This document shows positions 10,304 through 19,471 of a DNA stretch of 64,000 nucleotides, piece by piece. The DNA lies in the IMG/VR virus record IMGVR_UViG_3300032893_000021, positions 1 to 64,000 of that record. One strand, written 5' to 3'. Under the pieces are notes generated by a model. The model was not told the DNA's origin. It worked only from the letters and a program-made list of their open reading frames with translations, and searched no databases. The position numbers were made by a program, and so were the translations under genes. This DNA comes from a virus. The stretch's first letter is position 1; every line of letters begins with the position of its first letter.

Positions 10304-10713
10304 TGGACCAGCGGATCCTGCTCTACGTCAAGTGGCGGGACGGCGACTGCGTCGCCCGGTTCGCGAACCACCCGCTCTGGGCGACGCGCTGGCCGATGCT
10401 CCAGGGCCTGCCGGACCCGGGGCCCTGCCGCGACCGCTTCGGCGCGCTCCTCGACGCCGTCCGCCCGGTCCCGGCGATGCACCTCGAGGGCGACCACGTC
10501 CCGGACGCGGACGGGCACGCGATGGGGGCCAAGGCGCCCGACGACGCGGCGCACCTCTGGGGCGTCTGCGCAGGGCACCACACGGGGACGTCGGCCGGGC
10601 GGCAGTGGGCGACGCACGCCGAGGTCAGGCGGGCGGCGGCGCTCTACATCGCCGCCGCCAACGAGGCGGCCGCGGCGCGCTGGATGAGGCCGCCGGAGGC
10701 GGTGGCGTCGTGA
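10303..10713 (+). CDS. HNH-like nuclease domain protein
   Basis: RDGDC...LEGDHV...LWGVCAGHH pattern typical of phage HNH proteins. Confidence 0.5.
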   Translation: MDQRILLYVKWRDGDCVARFANHPLWATRWPMLQGLPDPGPCRDRFGALLDAVRPVPAMHLEGDHVPDADGHAMGAKAPDDAAHLWGVCAGHHTGTSAGRQWATHAEVRRAAALYIAAANEAAAARWMRPPEAVAS

Positions 10714-11362
10714 GCCGCGCCGCGCTCGCCGTCCTGTCGCCGACGCTGGTCGTCTACGCCCCGGCGTCCGGGACCAAGGCCGACCTGCACTACCTGCAGA
10801 CGGCGCTGGCCGACGCGGCCGCGGATCTCGGCATCAGGGTGCTCGTCGTCCCGGGCCCCGCCGACGTCGTCAGCCTGGTCGACTGGCCCGGGATCGCCGA
10901 GGCCGCCGAACGGGTCTCCGAGGCGATCGCCCTGCGCCTCTCCGAGGGGCCGCCGTGAACTGGCTGGTGGCAGTCCAGGCCGTCGCCATCGTGGCCGTCG
11001 TCGCCATCCTCGACTACGCCCGCAGGTCAGCCGAGCGAGCCCGCGCCAGCGCCGCGTCGGAGGCGGCCGACAACCTCGCCCGGGCCCTCCGCGCCGAGGC
11101 GGCCCTGGACGCCTGCGAGGCCGACAGGGTCAGGGACCGGCCGCGCGCCCCGGCCGTCGTCTCGCCCGAGGCGAGGACGGCCCTGCGCAGGACCGTCCCG
11201 TGCGGTCACTGCGGCGGCTGGCACCTGAGGGCGTGCCCGCGCCTGAAGCGGATCAGGTACAGGCCCGACGGAGCGACGCCGCTCGAGGCCGAGTACTGGC
11301 AGGACTGGACGGACGAGGACGTCGTCTGGCCTGAGTCAGTGTACGAGGAGGGAGAGGCATGA
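10710..11362 (+). other. Two hypothetical ORFs (10710-10958; 10955-11362, TM plus coiled coil plus CxxCxxxHxxxC)
   Basis: GTGA overlaps; motifs read directly from the translation. Confidence 0.55.
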
Positions 11363-12132
11363 CGTACCATCACAAGCACGTCTCGGAGCTGCCGGACAGC
11401 CCGGTGGTCGAGTGCACCTGGGCGACCGGGGTCGAGCTGGCCCGGGCCGCCCTGTACGGGACCACGCGCGAGCCGCCCGCCACGGGCGTCGAGCGCGAGG
11501 CGCTCCGCGTGGCCGGGGGCGGCTCCAACGAGGGCGGCTCGACCTACATGCAGATGGCGGCCGGGTGCCAGCGCCGCTACGGCTGGTCGCCGTCCGTGAC
11601 CGAGTCCCTCGTGGCGGCGCCGGGCCGCGGGTACTTCCTCGGCGTCCAGGGCGAGTACGCCGCGCTGCCCGACCACTACAGGCGCTGGGACCCCGGCTTC
11701 GCGGCCGGGCACTCCGCCGTGGTCTACAACATCGACGGGCCGCTGATGTGGTGCGACCCGCTCGTGCCGCCGACCGTCGACGGATGGGTCGGCGAGCCGA
11801 TCTCGTGGCCGACCGTCACGGCCTACTTCAGGGCTCTGCCGGGGGCGCACATCGCGACCGCGAAGCTGGCCGTCCCGCCGCCCGCCTGGCACATGACGAT
11901 CGCCAGCGGGACGCGCGACATCGAGTACGCCCGCATGTCCCCGACCGGCTGCGTCGCCGAGTGGCTCCACTACCCGTGGAGCGGCCACGCGTCCGGCGCC
12001 CCCATCGCGACGCCGGTCGACAGGAAGACGTGCTCGACCGGGTCGGTCAACAGGCTCGCCGTCGTCAAGACCGGGAAGCTCGCCGGGAAGCTGGTCCGCG
12101 AGACGTCCCAGGTCGTGTTCCACCAGGCGTAG
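11359..12132 (+). CDS. Papain-fold (C39-like) cysteine peptidase, candidate endolysin
   Basis: ECTWAT (Cys), GHSAVV (His), WCDPL (Asp) in C39-like spacing; GAGGGAG SD. Confidence 0.6.
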   Translation: MTYHHKHVSELPDSPVVECTWATGVELARAALYGTTREPPATGVEREALRVAGGGSNEGGSTYMQMAAGCQRRYGWSPSVTESLVAAPGRGYFLGVQGEYAALPDHYRRWDPGFAAGHSAVVYNIDGPLMWCDPLVPPTVDGWVGEPISWPTVTAYFRALPGAHIATAKLAVPPPAWHMTIASGTRDIEYARMSPTGCVAEWLHYPWSGHASGAPIATPVDRKTCSTGSVNRLAVVKTGKLAGKLVRETSQVVFHQA

Positions 12133-12142
12133 GAGGATCAAA

Positions 12143-13039
12143 GTGGACTACAGGCTGGGGCGGCGTCCCCCCAAGGGCGCCCCGGCGCTGATGCTCGGGC
12201 CGCTGCTCACCGGGAAGATCCCGGCCCACCCGGCGAGCGAGGACTACCTCGCCGCCCTCGGCGGCGGCTGGCAGATGCTCGGCAACGACCAGTACGGCGA
12301 CTGCGTCGCCGTGACGTGGGCGAACGTCCGGAGGCTCGTCACGGCCGTCATCGGCCCGGGCGAGCGCTACCCGACGATGGCCGACGTGATCGAGGTCTAC
12401 AAGACCCAGAACCCGGGATTCCCGTCGCAGGACGACGGGATGGACATCCAGACGCTGCTCGAGTGGCTCGTCTCGACGGGCGGCCCGGACGGCGTCAAGG
12501 CGCTCGCGTTCGCCAAGGTCGACCTGTCCTCCAAGGACGAGGTCGAGGCGGCGCTCGCGATCTTCGGCTTCCTCTGGACCGGCATCAACGTCCAGAGGGC
12601 GAACATGGACGACTTCGACGCGGGGCGGCCCTGGGACTACCACCCCGGGAGCCCGGTGGAGGGCGGCCACTCGGTCGTCTCGGGCGGCTACACCGGGGCC
12701 GCGTCGGGCGCCGACGAGCGGTTCATCACGTGGGCGGCCGAGACGTCGTTCACCGACGCGTTCTGGGCGCGCGAGGCAGAGGAGGCCTGGGTCGTGATCT
12801 GGCCCGAGCACCTCGGGACCGGGACATTCGAGCAGGGGATCGATCAGAAGGCCCTCGCCGACGCCTACACGGCGTTGACGGGGCGCCCCTTTCCCGTCGC
12901 CCCCGGTCCCCGGCCCGACCCCGCCGACGCCGCCCTCGCCGACTCCGTCAGGGTGTGGGCTTCTGCTCGGCACTCTGGCGCTAACCGGCGCGCTGCTATG
13001 GCTGTGGAGGCGTGGTTGACGGCCAAGGGCCTGGCGTAG
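12143..13039 (+). CDS. Papain-like (C1-type) cysteine peptidase
   Basis: MLGNDQYGDCVAV (Cys), GGHSVVSGGY (His), FITWA; AGGAGG SD. Confidence 0.7.
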   Translation: MDYRLGRRPPKGAPALMLGPLLTGKIPAHPASEDYLAALGGGWQMLGNDQYGDCVAVTWANVRRLVTAVIGPGERYPTMADVIEVYKTQNPGFPSQDDGMDIQTLLEWLVSTGGPDGVKALAFAKVDLSSKDEVEAALAIFGFLWTGINVQRANMDDFDAGRPWDYHPGSPVEGGHSVVSGGYTGAASGADERFITWAAETSFTDAFWAREAEEAWVVIWPEHLGTGTFEQGIDQKALADAYTALTGRPFPVAPGPRPDPADAALADSVRVWASARHSGANRRAAMAVEAWLTAKGLA

Positions 13040-13089
13040 GATTGGCCGGGGCCCCTCCCCGGGGCCCCCCTCTCACCCGGAGGACGGTA

Positions 13090-16000
13090 CTGGCGAACCC
13101 GAACGCGATCGCAGCGGGACTGGCGGCGAGGGCCCAGGCGCAGGGGGCGCTGGCCGGTCCCGGCTCCTCGCCCCTGACCGCCTCGTACAACCAGTGGGTC
13201 GCCGGGTCGCCGGTCGGGGGCGCGGCCCTCCCGGCCCCGTTCTACGACTTCCTCGCCGGGGCGTTCGGGCCCCTGTCCCCGATCCAGCCGATGCCGGTCG
13301 ACGTCGTCCCCCGGGACGACGAGGGCCGCCCGCTCCCGCGCCGCTGGCAGTACCCCGTCGGCTGGAACCTCCCGGTCGGACAGCCAGGCACGGAGGGCTA
13401 CCGGCTCGCCTCCTACGCCACGCTCCGCCGCCTCGCCGACGGGTACTCCGTGATCCGGGCGATGCTGAACATCCGCAAGAACGAGATGTCAGGCCTCAAC
13501 TGGGACGTCGGCGCCACGGGCGACGCGCAGTCGAGGACGAAGGGTGACAAGGGGGCCGCGAAGGACCAGCGCTCGCGGGCGGCCGAGGTCGTGCGGTGGT
13601 TCAAGCGCATCGACTCGAACTACTTCGGGTTCCAGTCGTGGTTCGAGGCCGGGCAGGAGGACCAGCTCGTCATCGACGCCGTGACCCTCCACCCGCTCCC
13701 GACGCGCGTCAAGGGGAAGGGCCTGTTCGGCTGCGGCGTCGCCGAGCTCGAGCTGATCAACGGCGAGACGATCAGGCCGCTCGTCAACATCCGGGGCGCC
13801 TCGCCGCGCTTCCCGGAGGTGGCGTACCAGCAGTACCTCTGGGGGGTCCCCCGCTCGGACTTCGCCGCGATGGCCCGGGACGAGGACGTCGAGGAGCTCG
13901 CGGTCGACTACGGCCTCGACGGTGTCGAGCCGGACGCCGAGTACACGCGGCGCGAGCTGCTGTACCTGCCGCGGAACCAGCGGACGTGGACGCCGTACGG
14001 GTTCAGCCCGATCGAGATGGCCCTGATCCCGGTCACGATCGGCATCCAGCGCCAGGGCTTCCTGCTCGACTACTTCACCGACGGGACGATCCCGGGCGTC
14101 TACGTCATCGCGGGCGAGTCGTACGTGACACCGTCCCAGCAGCGCGGGCTCCAGGACCTGATCAACGGGATCGCCGGGGACGTCGGGCAGAAGCACCGGG
14201 CGATCGTCCTGCCGCCGGGCTCCAAGACGGAGCCGCAGAAGGACATGACGTTCCAGCAGGCGGTCGACCAGGCGATCGTCGAGCAGGTCGCGATGATCCT
14301 CCACATCCAGCCGCACGAGATCGGCATGGTCCCGGGCGGCCGGACCAGCGGCCTGGGCGGCGCGGGCATGGCCCAGGTCCAGCAGGACTCGGTCGTCGAG
14401 AGCCGGACCGAGCCCGAGCGCAAGTGGTGGAAGGGGAAGTTCGACTGGCTGATCCAGGAGGTCATGGGCCAGGAGGACCTCGAGTGGAAGTGGCTCGACT
14501 TCGAGGAGGAGCAGGACGCCGAGCAGAAGGCGAACGCCGACAAGGCGGACGTCTCGATCGGCAAGCGCTCGATCGACGAGCAGCGCATCGACGACGGGCT
14601 CGACCCCTGGGACCTGCCGCTCACCAAGACCCCGTTCGTCATCGGCGGGCCGTCCGGCATCATCCCGCTCGACCCCTCCGTCCCGCCGCCCGCGGCGCCC
14701 GCCCCGGCCGGGCCCGGCGGCGCCCCGGGGCCCGGCGGCTCGCCCGCCCAGGGCGCCCTGGCGGAGGCGCTGAAGCCGGACGGCAAGGACGCCTCCAAGC
14801 CGAGGCACGACCCGGCCGCCGCGCTCCTGTCGGACAAGAAGAAGGACCGCCGGAAGGGCCGCAAGGAGCTGGCCGACCGGTTCGCCGACAACCTCAAGGA
14901 CGCCGTGAAGGACAAGCCCGCCGTCCTGGGCGGCGCCGCCGGGCCCGGCGCGGCACTCGAGCCGTCCTCCGCGGGCGAGGGGGCCGACAAGGCCAAGGGG
15001 GCCACGGTCGCCGACCTGATGAAGTGGCGCACCAGGTACAACGACTCGAAGCTGCCGCGGATCGTCCACGACTACCTGCTCCGCTCCTACCCGAAGGGCG
15101 ACATCGACTGGTCCGAGGACCCGGCCATCGCCTGGGAGTTCGATCCCCACGTCAAGCTGTCCGACATCGACATGGCGCGGCGCCCGGGCGGGCGCGACCC
15201 GTCGAAGGTGTCCGCGATCGCAGACACGGTCGGCAAGGGCGCGTCGATGGACCCGGTCGTCCTCGTCGAGTACGAGACGCCCGACGAGGCCGGGCTGAAC
15301 ATCGCCGACGGCTGGCACCGCACGCTGGGCGCCGAGAAGGCGGGCGAGGACGAGGTCCCGGCGTTCGTCGGGCGCGGCGTCCCGGACAAGTACCGCGACC
15401 TGATCGACGGCCGCATGCAGGACGACTCGGGCAGCAAGAAGAAGGCCGCGCTCGCCGAGCTGTCAGTCCTCGGGCGGTACGTCCGGAAGCACGGGTCGGC
15501 CGAGGGGTTCGAGGCCCGCGCGATGGACCCCGACGTGGTCAGGCTCTTCAAGGCCGAGACGGCGCGTGGCGAGACCGGCCCGGCCCTCGAGCGCGCCCGG
15601 CGCCGGGTCCTGAAGGAGGGCGGCAACCCGCAGGCCCTCCGCGACTGGTACAACGCGGGCGCCGACGGCCAGATCGACTGGGGCTCCGACGGCGACTTCG
15701 ACCAGTGCGTCTCGGTCGCCTCGAACTACATGTCGGACGAGGACGCCAGGGGCTTCTGCAACCTCCGGCACCAGGACGCCGTCGGCGGCGCGCCGGGGAC
15801 CGAGAAGAACTTCAGCGTCGGCTCGCCGCTGGCCTCCGGCCTCGCCCCGTACGACCTCGACACGGGCGAGCGCCCGGCCATCGGCCCTCGGTGCACGTCC
15901 TGCGGCGCCGCGCTGTTCCCGGGCTCGGCCGACTACGGCGACGGGCGATGCGCCGACTGCCAGATCAGCGAGGACGTCCAGCGCCGGTCGCCAGGCGAGC

Positions 16001-16842
16001 CGATGTTCAACGACTCGGCCCCGGCCGTCCTGCTCCGCGCGATCGAGGCGGAGCTCACGCGGCGCGGCGTCGACCTCGCCAAGTGGAACCCCGACCAGCC
16101 CCGCGACGACAGGGGGCGGTGGACGGCGGGCGGCGGCCCGTCCGGCGAGGTCCCGGTCGTCCAGGACACCCGGAAGATCGGCGACTTCCCGCAGGAGGTC
16201 CAGGACGCCGCCCGGTCGGTCACCGCGCGCGCCGCGGCCGCCGAGCCCAGGGTCACCGCAGACATGGCGCACATCGCGTCGGCCACCGGCGGGAACCTGA
16301 ACGAGCGCTTCACGGGGCCGGACGGCAAGGAGCACGGGACGCTCGACGCCGTCCTGAAGAGCGACAGCTCGACCGCCCGCAAGATCGCGGACGACATCCG
16401 CGACAAGGGGTACACGACGGCCCAGTCGGCGGCCCAGGTCTACGACGCCCTCCGGTACACGGTCACGTACCCGGCGGGCGAGTACGCCAAGGGGGCCGAG
16501 CGGGCGATGGACGACCTGAAGGCGGCCGGGTACGAGCCGCTGCGCGGCAAGGACTTCTGGAGCGACGCGAGCCAGGGGTACGCCGGGGTCAACACCGTCT
16601 GGGGCGACCCGCGCACCGGGCAGAGCTTCGAGGTCCAGTTCCACACCCCGGAGGCCCTCCAGTACAAGGAGGGCGTGGGGCACCCGGTCTACGAGGCCTG
16701 GCGCGCGCAGCCGGAGGGCTCGGCCGCCCGGGCGTACTACGACTCGAAGGTCAACGAGGCCTGGCAGCCGATCCGGGACGCGGTCCCCTACCTGGACGCG
16801 CTCAAGGACTTCATGACGGGGATGTTCCCGCCGCGGAACTAG
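13090..16842 (+). CDS. Portal protein fused to a ParB-like domain, a small Cys/Trp domain and a RelA/SpoT-like nucleotidyltransferase (start CTG 13090)
   Basis: Portal features (DQLVIDA, LELINGETIRP, YLPRNQRTWTPYGFSPIE, YFTDGTIPG, SIDEQRIDDGLDP) over about 13090-14650. ParB motif DPVVLV..IADGWHRTLGA at about 15250-15340. Synthetase motifs KSDSSTARKI, DALRYT, GYAGVN, FEVQFHT at about 16350-16650. Confidence 0.88.
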   Translation: MANPNAIAAGLAARAQAQGALAGPGSSPLTASYNQWVAGSPVGGAALPAPFYDFLAGAFGPLSPIQPMPVDVVPRDDEGRPLPRRWQYPVGWNLPVGQPGTEGYRLASYATLRRLADGYSVIRAMLNIRKNEMSGLNWDVGATGDAQSRTKGDKGAAKDQRSRAAEVVRWFKRIDSNYFGFQSWFEAGQEDQLVIDAVTLHPLPTRVKGKGLFGCGVAELELINGETIRPLVNIRGASPRFPEVAYQQYLWGVPRSDFAAMARDEDVEELAVDYGLDGVEPDAEYTRRELLYLPRNQRTWTPYGFSPIEMALIPVTIGIQRQGFLLDYFTDGTIPGVYVIAGESYVTPSQQRGLQDLINGIAGDVGQKHRAIVLPPGSKTEPQKDMTFQQAVDQAIVEQVAMILHIQPHEIGMVPGGRTSGLGGAGMAQVQQDSVVESRTEPERKWWKGKFDWLIQEVMGQEDLEWKWLDFEEEQDAEQKANADKADVSIGKRSIDEQRIDDGLDPWDLPLTKTPFVIGGPSGIIPLDPSVPPPAAPAPAGPGGAPGPGGSPAQGALAEALKPDGKDASKPRHDPAAALLSDKKKDRRKGRKELADRFADNLKDAVKDKPAVLGGAAGPGAALEPSSAGEGADKAKGATVADLMKWRTRYNDSKLPRIVHDYLLRSYPKGDIDWSEDPAIAWEFDPHVKLSDIDMARRPGGRDPSKVSAIADTVGKGASMDPVVLVEYETPDEAGLNIADGWHRTLGAEKAGEDEVPAFVGRGVPDKYRDLIDGRMQDDSGSKKKAALAELSVLGRYVRKHGSAEGFEARAMDPDVVRLFKAETARGETGPALERARRRVLKEGGNPQALRDWYNAGADGQIDWGSDGDFDQCVSVASNYMSDEDARGFCNLRHQDAVGGAPGTEKNFSVGSPLASGLAPYDLDTGERPAIGPRCTSCGAALFPGSADYGDGRCADCQISEDVQRRSPGEPMFNDSAPAVLLRAIEAELTRRGVDLAKWNPDQPRDDRGRWTAGGGPSGEVPVVQDTRKIGDFPQEVQDAARSVTARAAAAEPRVTADMAHIASATGGNLNERFTGPDGKEHGTLDAVLKSDSSTARKIADDIRDKGYTTAQSAAQVYDALRYTVTYPAGEYAKGAERAMDDLKAAGYEPLRGKDFWSDASQGYAGVNTVWGDPRTGQSFEVQFHTPEALQYKEGVGHPVYEAWRAQPEGSAARAYYDSKVNEAWQPIRDAVPYLDALKDFMTGMFPPRN

Positions 16843-17080
16843 CGGCGTCACCGCCCGGCCCGGCGGTCAGGTGGTGCGCCTCGTCCGGCGTGATCCGGAG
16901 GTAGTCGAGGCCGCCCCGCTCGATCGCCCGCGCGAGGCCCTCGCCCGGGACCGCGGTCCAGCCGCGAGCGCCCGGGTCCCAGCGCTCGACGGCGCCGCTC
17001 GCGTCGCCCATCCGCAGGACCGCGAGCGGGTCGTCGGGGTGGGTGCGGAAGTAGAGCCATCCCAGCTCGGTCGTCGTCAT
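16811..17080 (-). CDS. Small protein (89 aa) convergent with the portal 3' end; candidate immunity protein
   Basis: GGAAGG SD and ATG at 17080 (MTTTELGWLYFRT...ERWDPGARGW...RITPDEA); overlaps the portal end by 32 nt. Confidence 0.6.
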   Translation of the reverse strand: MTTTELGWLYFRTHPDDPLAVLRMGDASGAVERWDPGARGWTAVPGEGLARAIERGGLDYLRITPDEAHHLTAGPGGDAASSAAGTSPS

Positions 17081-17169
17081 GGACCTTCCTTCCCGCCCAG
17101 GCTCGGGGCTCGCGCCCTGGCGGCCTCGTCCGCCCGGCACCCCATCGTACCGCCCGCGCTCCCGGCTGG

Positions 17170-17553
17170 CTACCGGCTCGAGGCCTCGTACTGCGCCCAG
17201 GTCTCGAACCAGTCGTGGACCGGGACCGGCCCCAGCGAGGGCCCGACCGCCCCGAGGATGCCCTGGCGGCGGGGGGCCTCGCCGGTCAGCGCCCGGAGCG
17301 CCGTCTGCCAGGCCTCGCTGTACTCGCCGTGCGCGTACGTCCCGCCGAACATCGGCCCGGCCATCCCGGGCCGCGGGGGGGCCTTCACGATCGGGCCTGC
17401 GCCAGCGGGCCCGAGCTCCAGGGTCGCCTCGGGGTAGTCGCCGTCCGGCTCGTCGCCGCCCGGGACGTTGACCAGCGTGACCCCGGCCTTGCCGTGGTAC
17501 GCGCACGCGGCCGAGTCGAACGTGCCGCGAAAGATCGTGAGCCGCAATCCCAT
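17170..17553 (-). CDS. Hypothetical early protein
   Basis: GGAGG SD, ATG 17553 (MGLRLTIFRG...GPMFGGTYA..PVHDWFET); just downstream of the minus-strand promoter. Confidence 0.7.
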   Translation of the reverse strand: MGLRLTIFRGTFDSAACAYHGKAGVTLVNVPGGDEPDGDYPEATLELGPAGAGPIVKAPPRPGMAGPMFGGTYAHGEYSEAWQTALRALTGEAPRRQGILGAVGPSLGPVPVHDWFETWAQYEASSR

Positions 17554-17594
17554 CTCGTGCCTCCTGCCCGGGGCCTCCGCCCCGTCGCGAGTCA

Positions 17595-17623
17595 AGTGTA
17601 GCGCGCAGCGCCGAGGATGTAAA
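17595..17623 (-). promoter_or_regulatory. Sigma70-type promoter TTTACA-N17-TACACT
   Basis: Reverse complement of agtgta(17595-17600)...tgtaaa(17618-17623); 17-nt spacer. Confidence 0.7.
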
Positions 17624-17631
17624 CCCCCCTC

Positions 17632-18599
17632 CTAGAACATCTCGTCGTACTCGGCCCGGGAGACGAAGCGCAGGACGCTCGTCGCCCCGTGCCCGTGCCC
17701 GGCCGCGTGGTACGCGATGTCGCAGGGCGCCGTCCACTCGACGCGCCAGGTTCCGGGCCCGACGCACTCGAGGAGGCGGTACTCGCCGCAGCGGTCCTCG
17801 GGGTCCTCGCCGGGCCCGAAGTGGATCCGGCCCTGGAAGTCGACCCGCCCGGTCTGACCGGCCCTGCGCGCGCTCATGCGAGCTGCCTCACGGTGCCGAG
17901 GCATCGCAGGCAGGGGACCCAGCGTCGGCCCCCGATCGAGCGCTCGGCGCCCTCCCGGCGCCTGTTGCCGCAGCGGCAGCGCCAGCCGGACGTCGCCGCC
18001 CGGGCGCGCGCCCTCGTGCAGTCCATGCAGACGGCCCAGGGGCCGAGGCCCAGGGGCTTGCCGCAGCCCTCACAGGGGCTTCCCATCGCGTCCTCCCTTC
18101 AGACAGCGTAGCCGAGCATGGAGTCGTCGGCGTCCGCCGCGGCCTCGCGGAGCGCCTCGCCCGTCAGGTACCCGTGGACGTAGGGCCGGAATGGGTTCGT
18201 GTCGCCCGGCTCCCCGGCCTCCATGTGCGCCAGGTGGGGCCAGTACATCCCGTCCCAGGACGCCGCGGCCAGGTTCAGCAGGTCCCCAGCCGTCCAGGGC
18301 TCGTCCGTCTCGAAGTCGTCCCCGTAGCTGTTGAACGCGGCGCCGTGGCGGGCGTAGACGTGGCCTCGCGTCATGCGGCCCAGGAACTCGCTGCCCGGGA
18401 CCCAGTACGCCTCGCCGTCCGGCCCGCGAAGGTCCCGGGCGCCCGAGCGGGTCCGCGCCGTCCAGCCGACCTTGACGAGCGTCAGCCGCTCGCCGTACCG
18501 CTGGACGTGGACGTCGATGTCGACCCAGGACTCGTAGCCCTCGGCCGGGATGTCGATCCGGTGGGCGCGGTGCGTGTCGCGCCGCTCGCCGTCTCCCAT
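17632..18599 (-). other. Three minus-strand hypothetical ORFs (18599-18099, 18086-17874 Cys-rich, 17877-17632)
   Basis: GGAGG SDs before ATG 18599 and 18086; ATGA overlap at 17874-17877. Confidence 0.65.
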
Positions 18600-18638
18600 C
18601 ACGCTGCCTCCTTGCCGGGGCGCTCGCCCCTCGAGGAC

Positions 18639-18701
18639 AGCATAGCAGGTCACGTCCGCGAAGTAAAGCCCCTTTACATAGCCTGGCGGATCCGGTATGA
18701 T
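18639..18701. promoter_or_regulatory. Back-to-back divergent promoters: minus TTTACT-N17-TATGCT, plus TTTACA-N17-TATGAT
   Basis: Core agtaaagcccctttaca at 18662-18678; both spacers are 17 nt; gene orientation flips here. Confidence 0.8.
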
Positions 18702-18744
18702 GGTCCCGGCGGCGGGCGAGGGCCCGCCCGACGGAGGAACGAAG

Positions 18745-18990
18745 ATGGCGGCACCCCGGAAGATCCAGGTCCGCACCGAGCCGGACCGCGTGATCGTGAA
18801 GCTCGGCGGCCTCGTCCTCGACATCGGCCCAACGGGCGACTGGAACGGCCTGACCGTCGAGGCGTACCCCGAGGCTGGCAAGATGTCCGGCGCGCGCGTC
18901 GAGCGCGAGGACTGGGAGCGCGGCCGCATGGGGCCCCTCGAGCCGGGCGAGGTCTCGACGTACCGGGTCCGGCCCGGGACGGCGTCATGA
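18745..18990 (+). CDS. Hypothetical early protein
   Basis: GGAGG SD, ATG 18745. Confidence 0.6.
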   Translation: MAAPRKIQVRTEPDRVIVKLGGLVLDIGPTGDWNGLTVEAYPEAGKMSGARVEREDWERGRMGPLEPGEVSTYRVRPGTAS

Positions 18991-19469
18991 AGGTCCTCGT
19001 CACCGGTGACCGGAACTGGGGTCGCGACTGGGACGACCGCGAGGTCCTCGAGGCGGCCCTGGCCTCCTCCGGCGTCTCCGCCCTCGTCACCGGCTGCGCC
19101 CGGGGCGCCGACCTGATGGCCGAGCGCTGGGCGTCCGCGCGGGGGGTCCCGATCGAGCACCACCCGGCCGACTGGGCCCGCTACGGGCGCGCCGCCGGGC
19201 CGGTCCGCAACGCCGAGATGCTGGCCGCCCGGCCGGGCCTCGTCCTGGCCTTCCACCGGGACCTCGGGGCGTCCCTCGGGACTGCGGACATGGTCCGGCG
19301 GGCGCTGGCGGCCGGGCTCCGGGTCGAGGTCCTCCCGGCCGCCGAGGGCCGCTGCGGCGCCTGCGGCGCGGCCTGCGAGCCCGGCATGCACGCACACCAG
19401 GCGTGCTGCCGCCATCCGCGCGCCGAGGCCGGGCCCTGCCTCGACTGCGGGGCCCGGGTGGGTGGCTGA
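18987..19469 (+). CDS. SLOG-superfamily (DUF2493/YspA-like) protein
   Basis: MKVLVTGDRNW..GCARGADLMAERWA..ADWARYGRAAGPVRNAEML..VLAFH..GTADMV. Confidence 0.8.
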   Translation: MKVLVTGDRNWGRDWDDREVLEAALASSGVSALVTGCARGADLMAERWASARGVPIEHHPADWARYGRAAGPVRNAEMLAARPGLVLAFHRDLGASLGTADMVRRALAAGLRVEVLPAAEGRCGACGAACEPGMHAHQACCRHPRAEAGPCLDCGARVGG

Positions 19470-19471
19470 CG

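Noticed and set aside
13012-13089. ORF-track start of the portal at 13012
   Set aside because: It overlaps the upstream peptidase and a GC-rich intergenic stretch; the SD-linked CTG at 13090 is more plausible.
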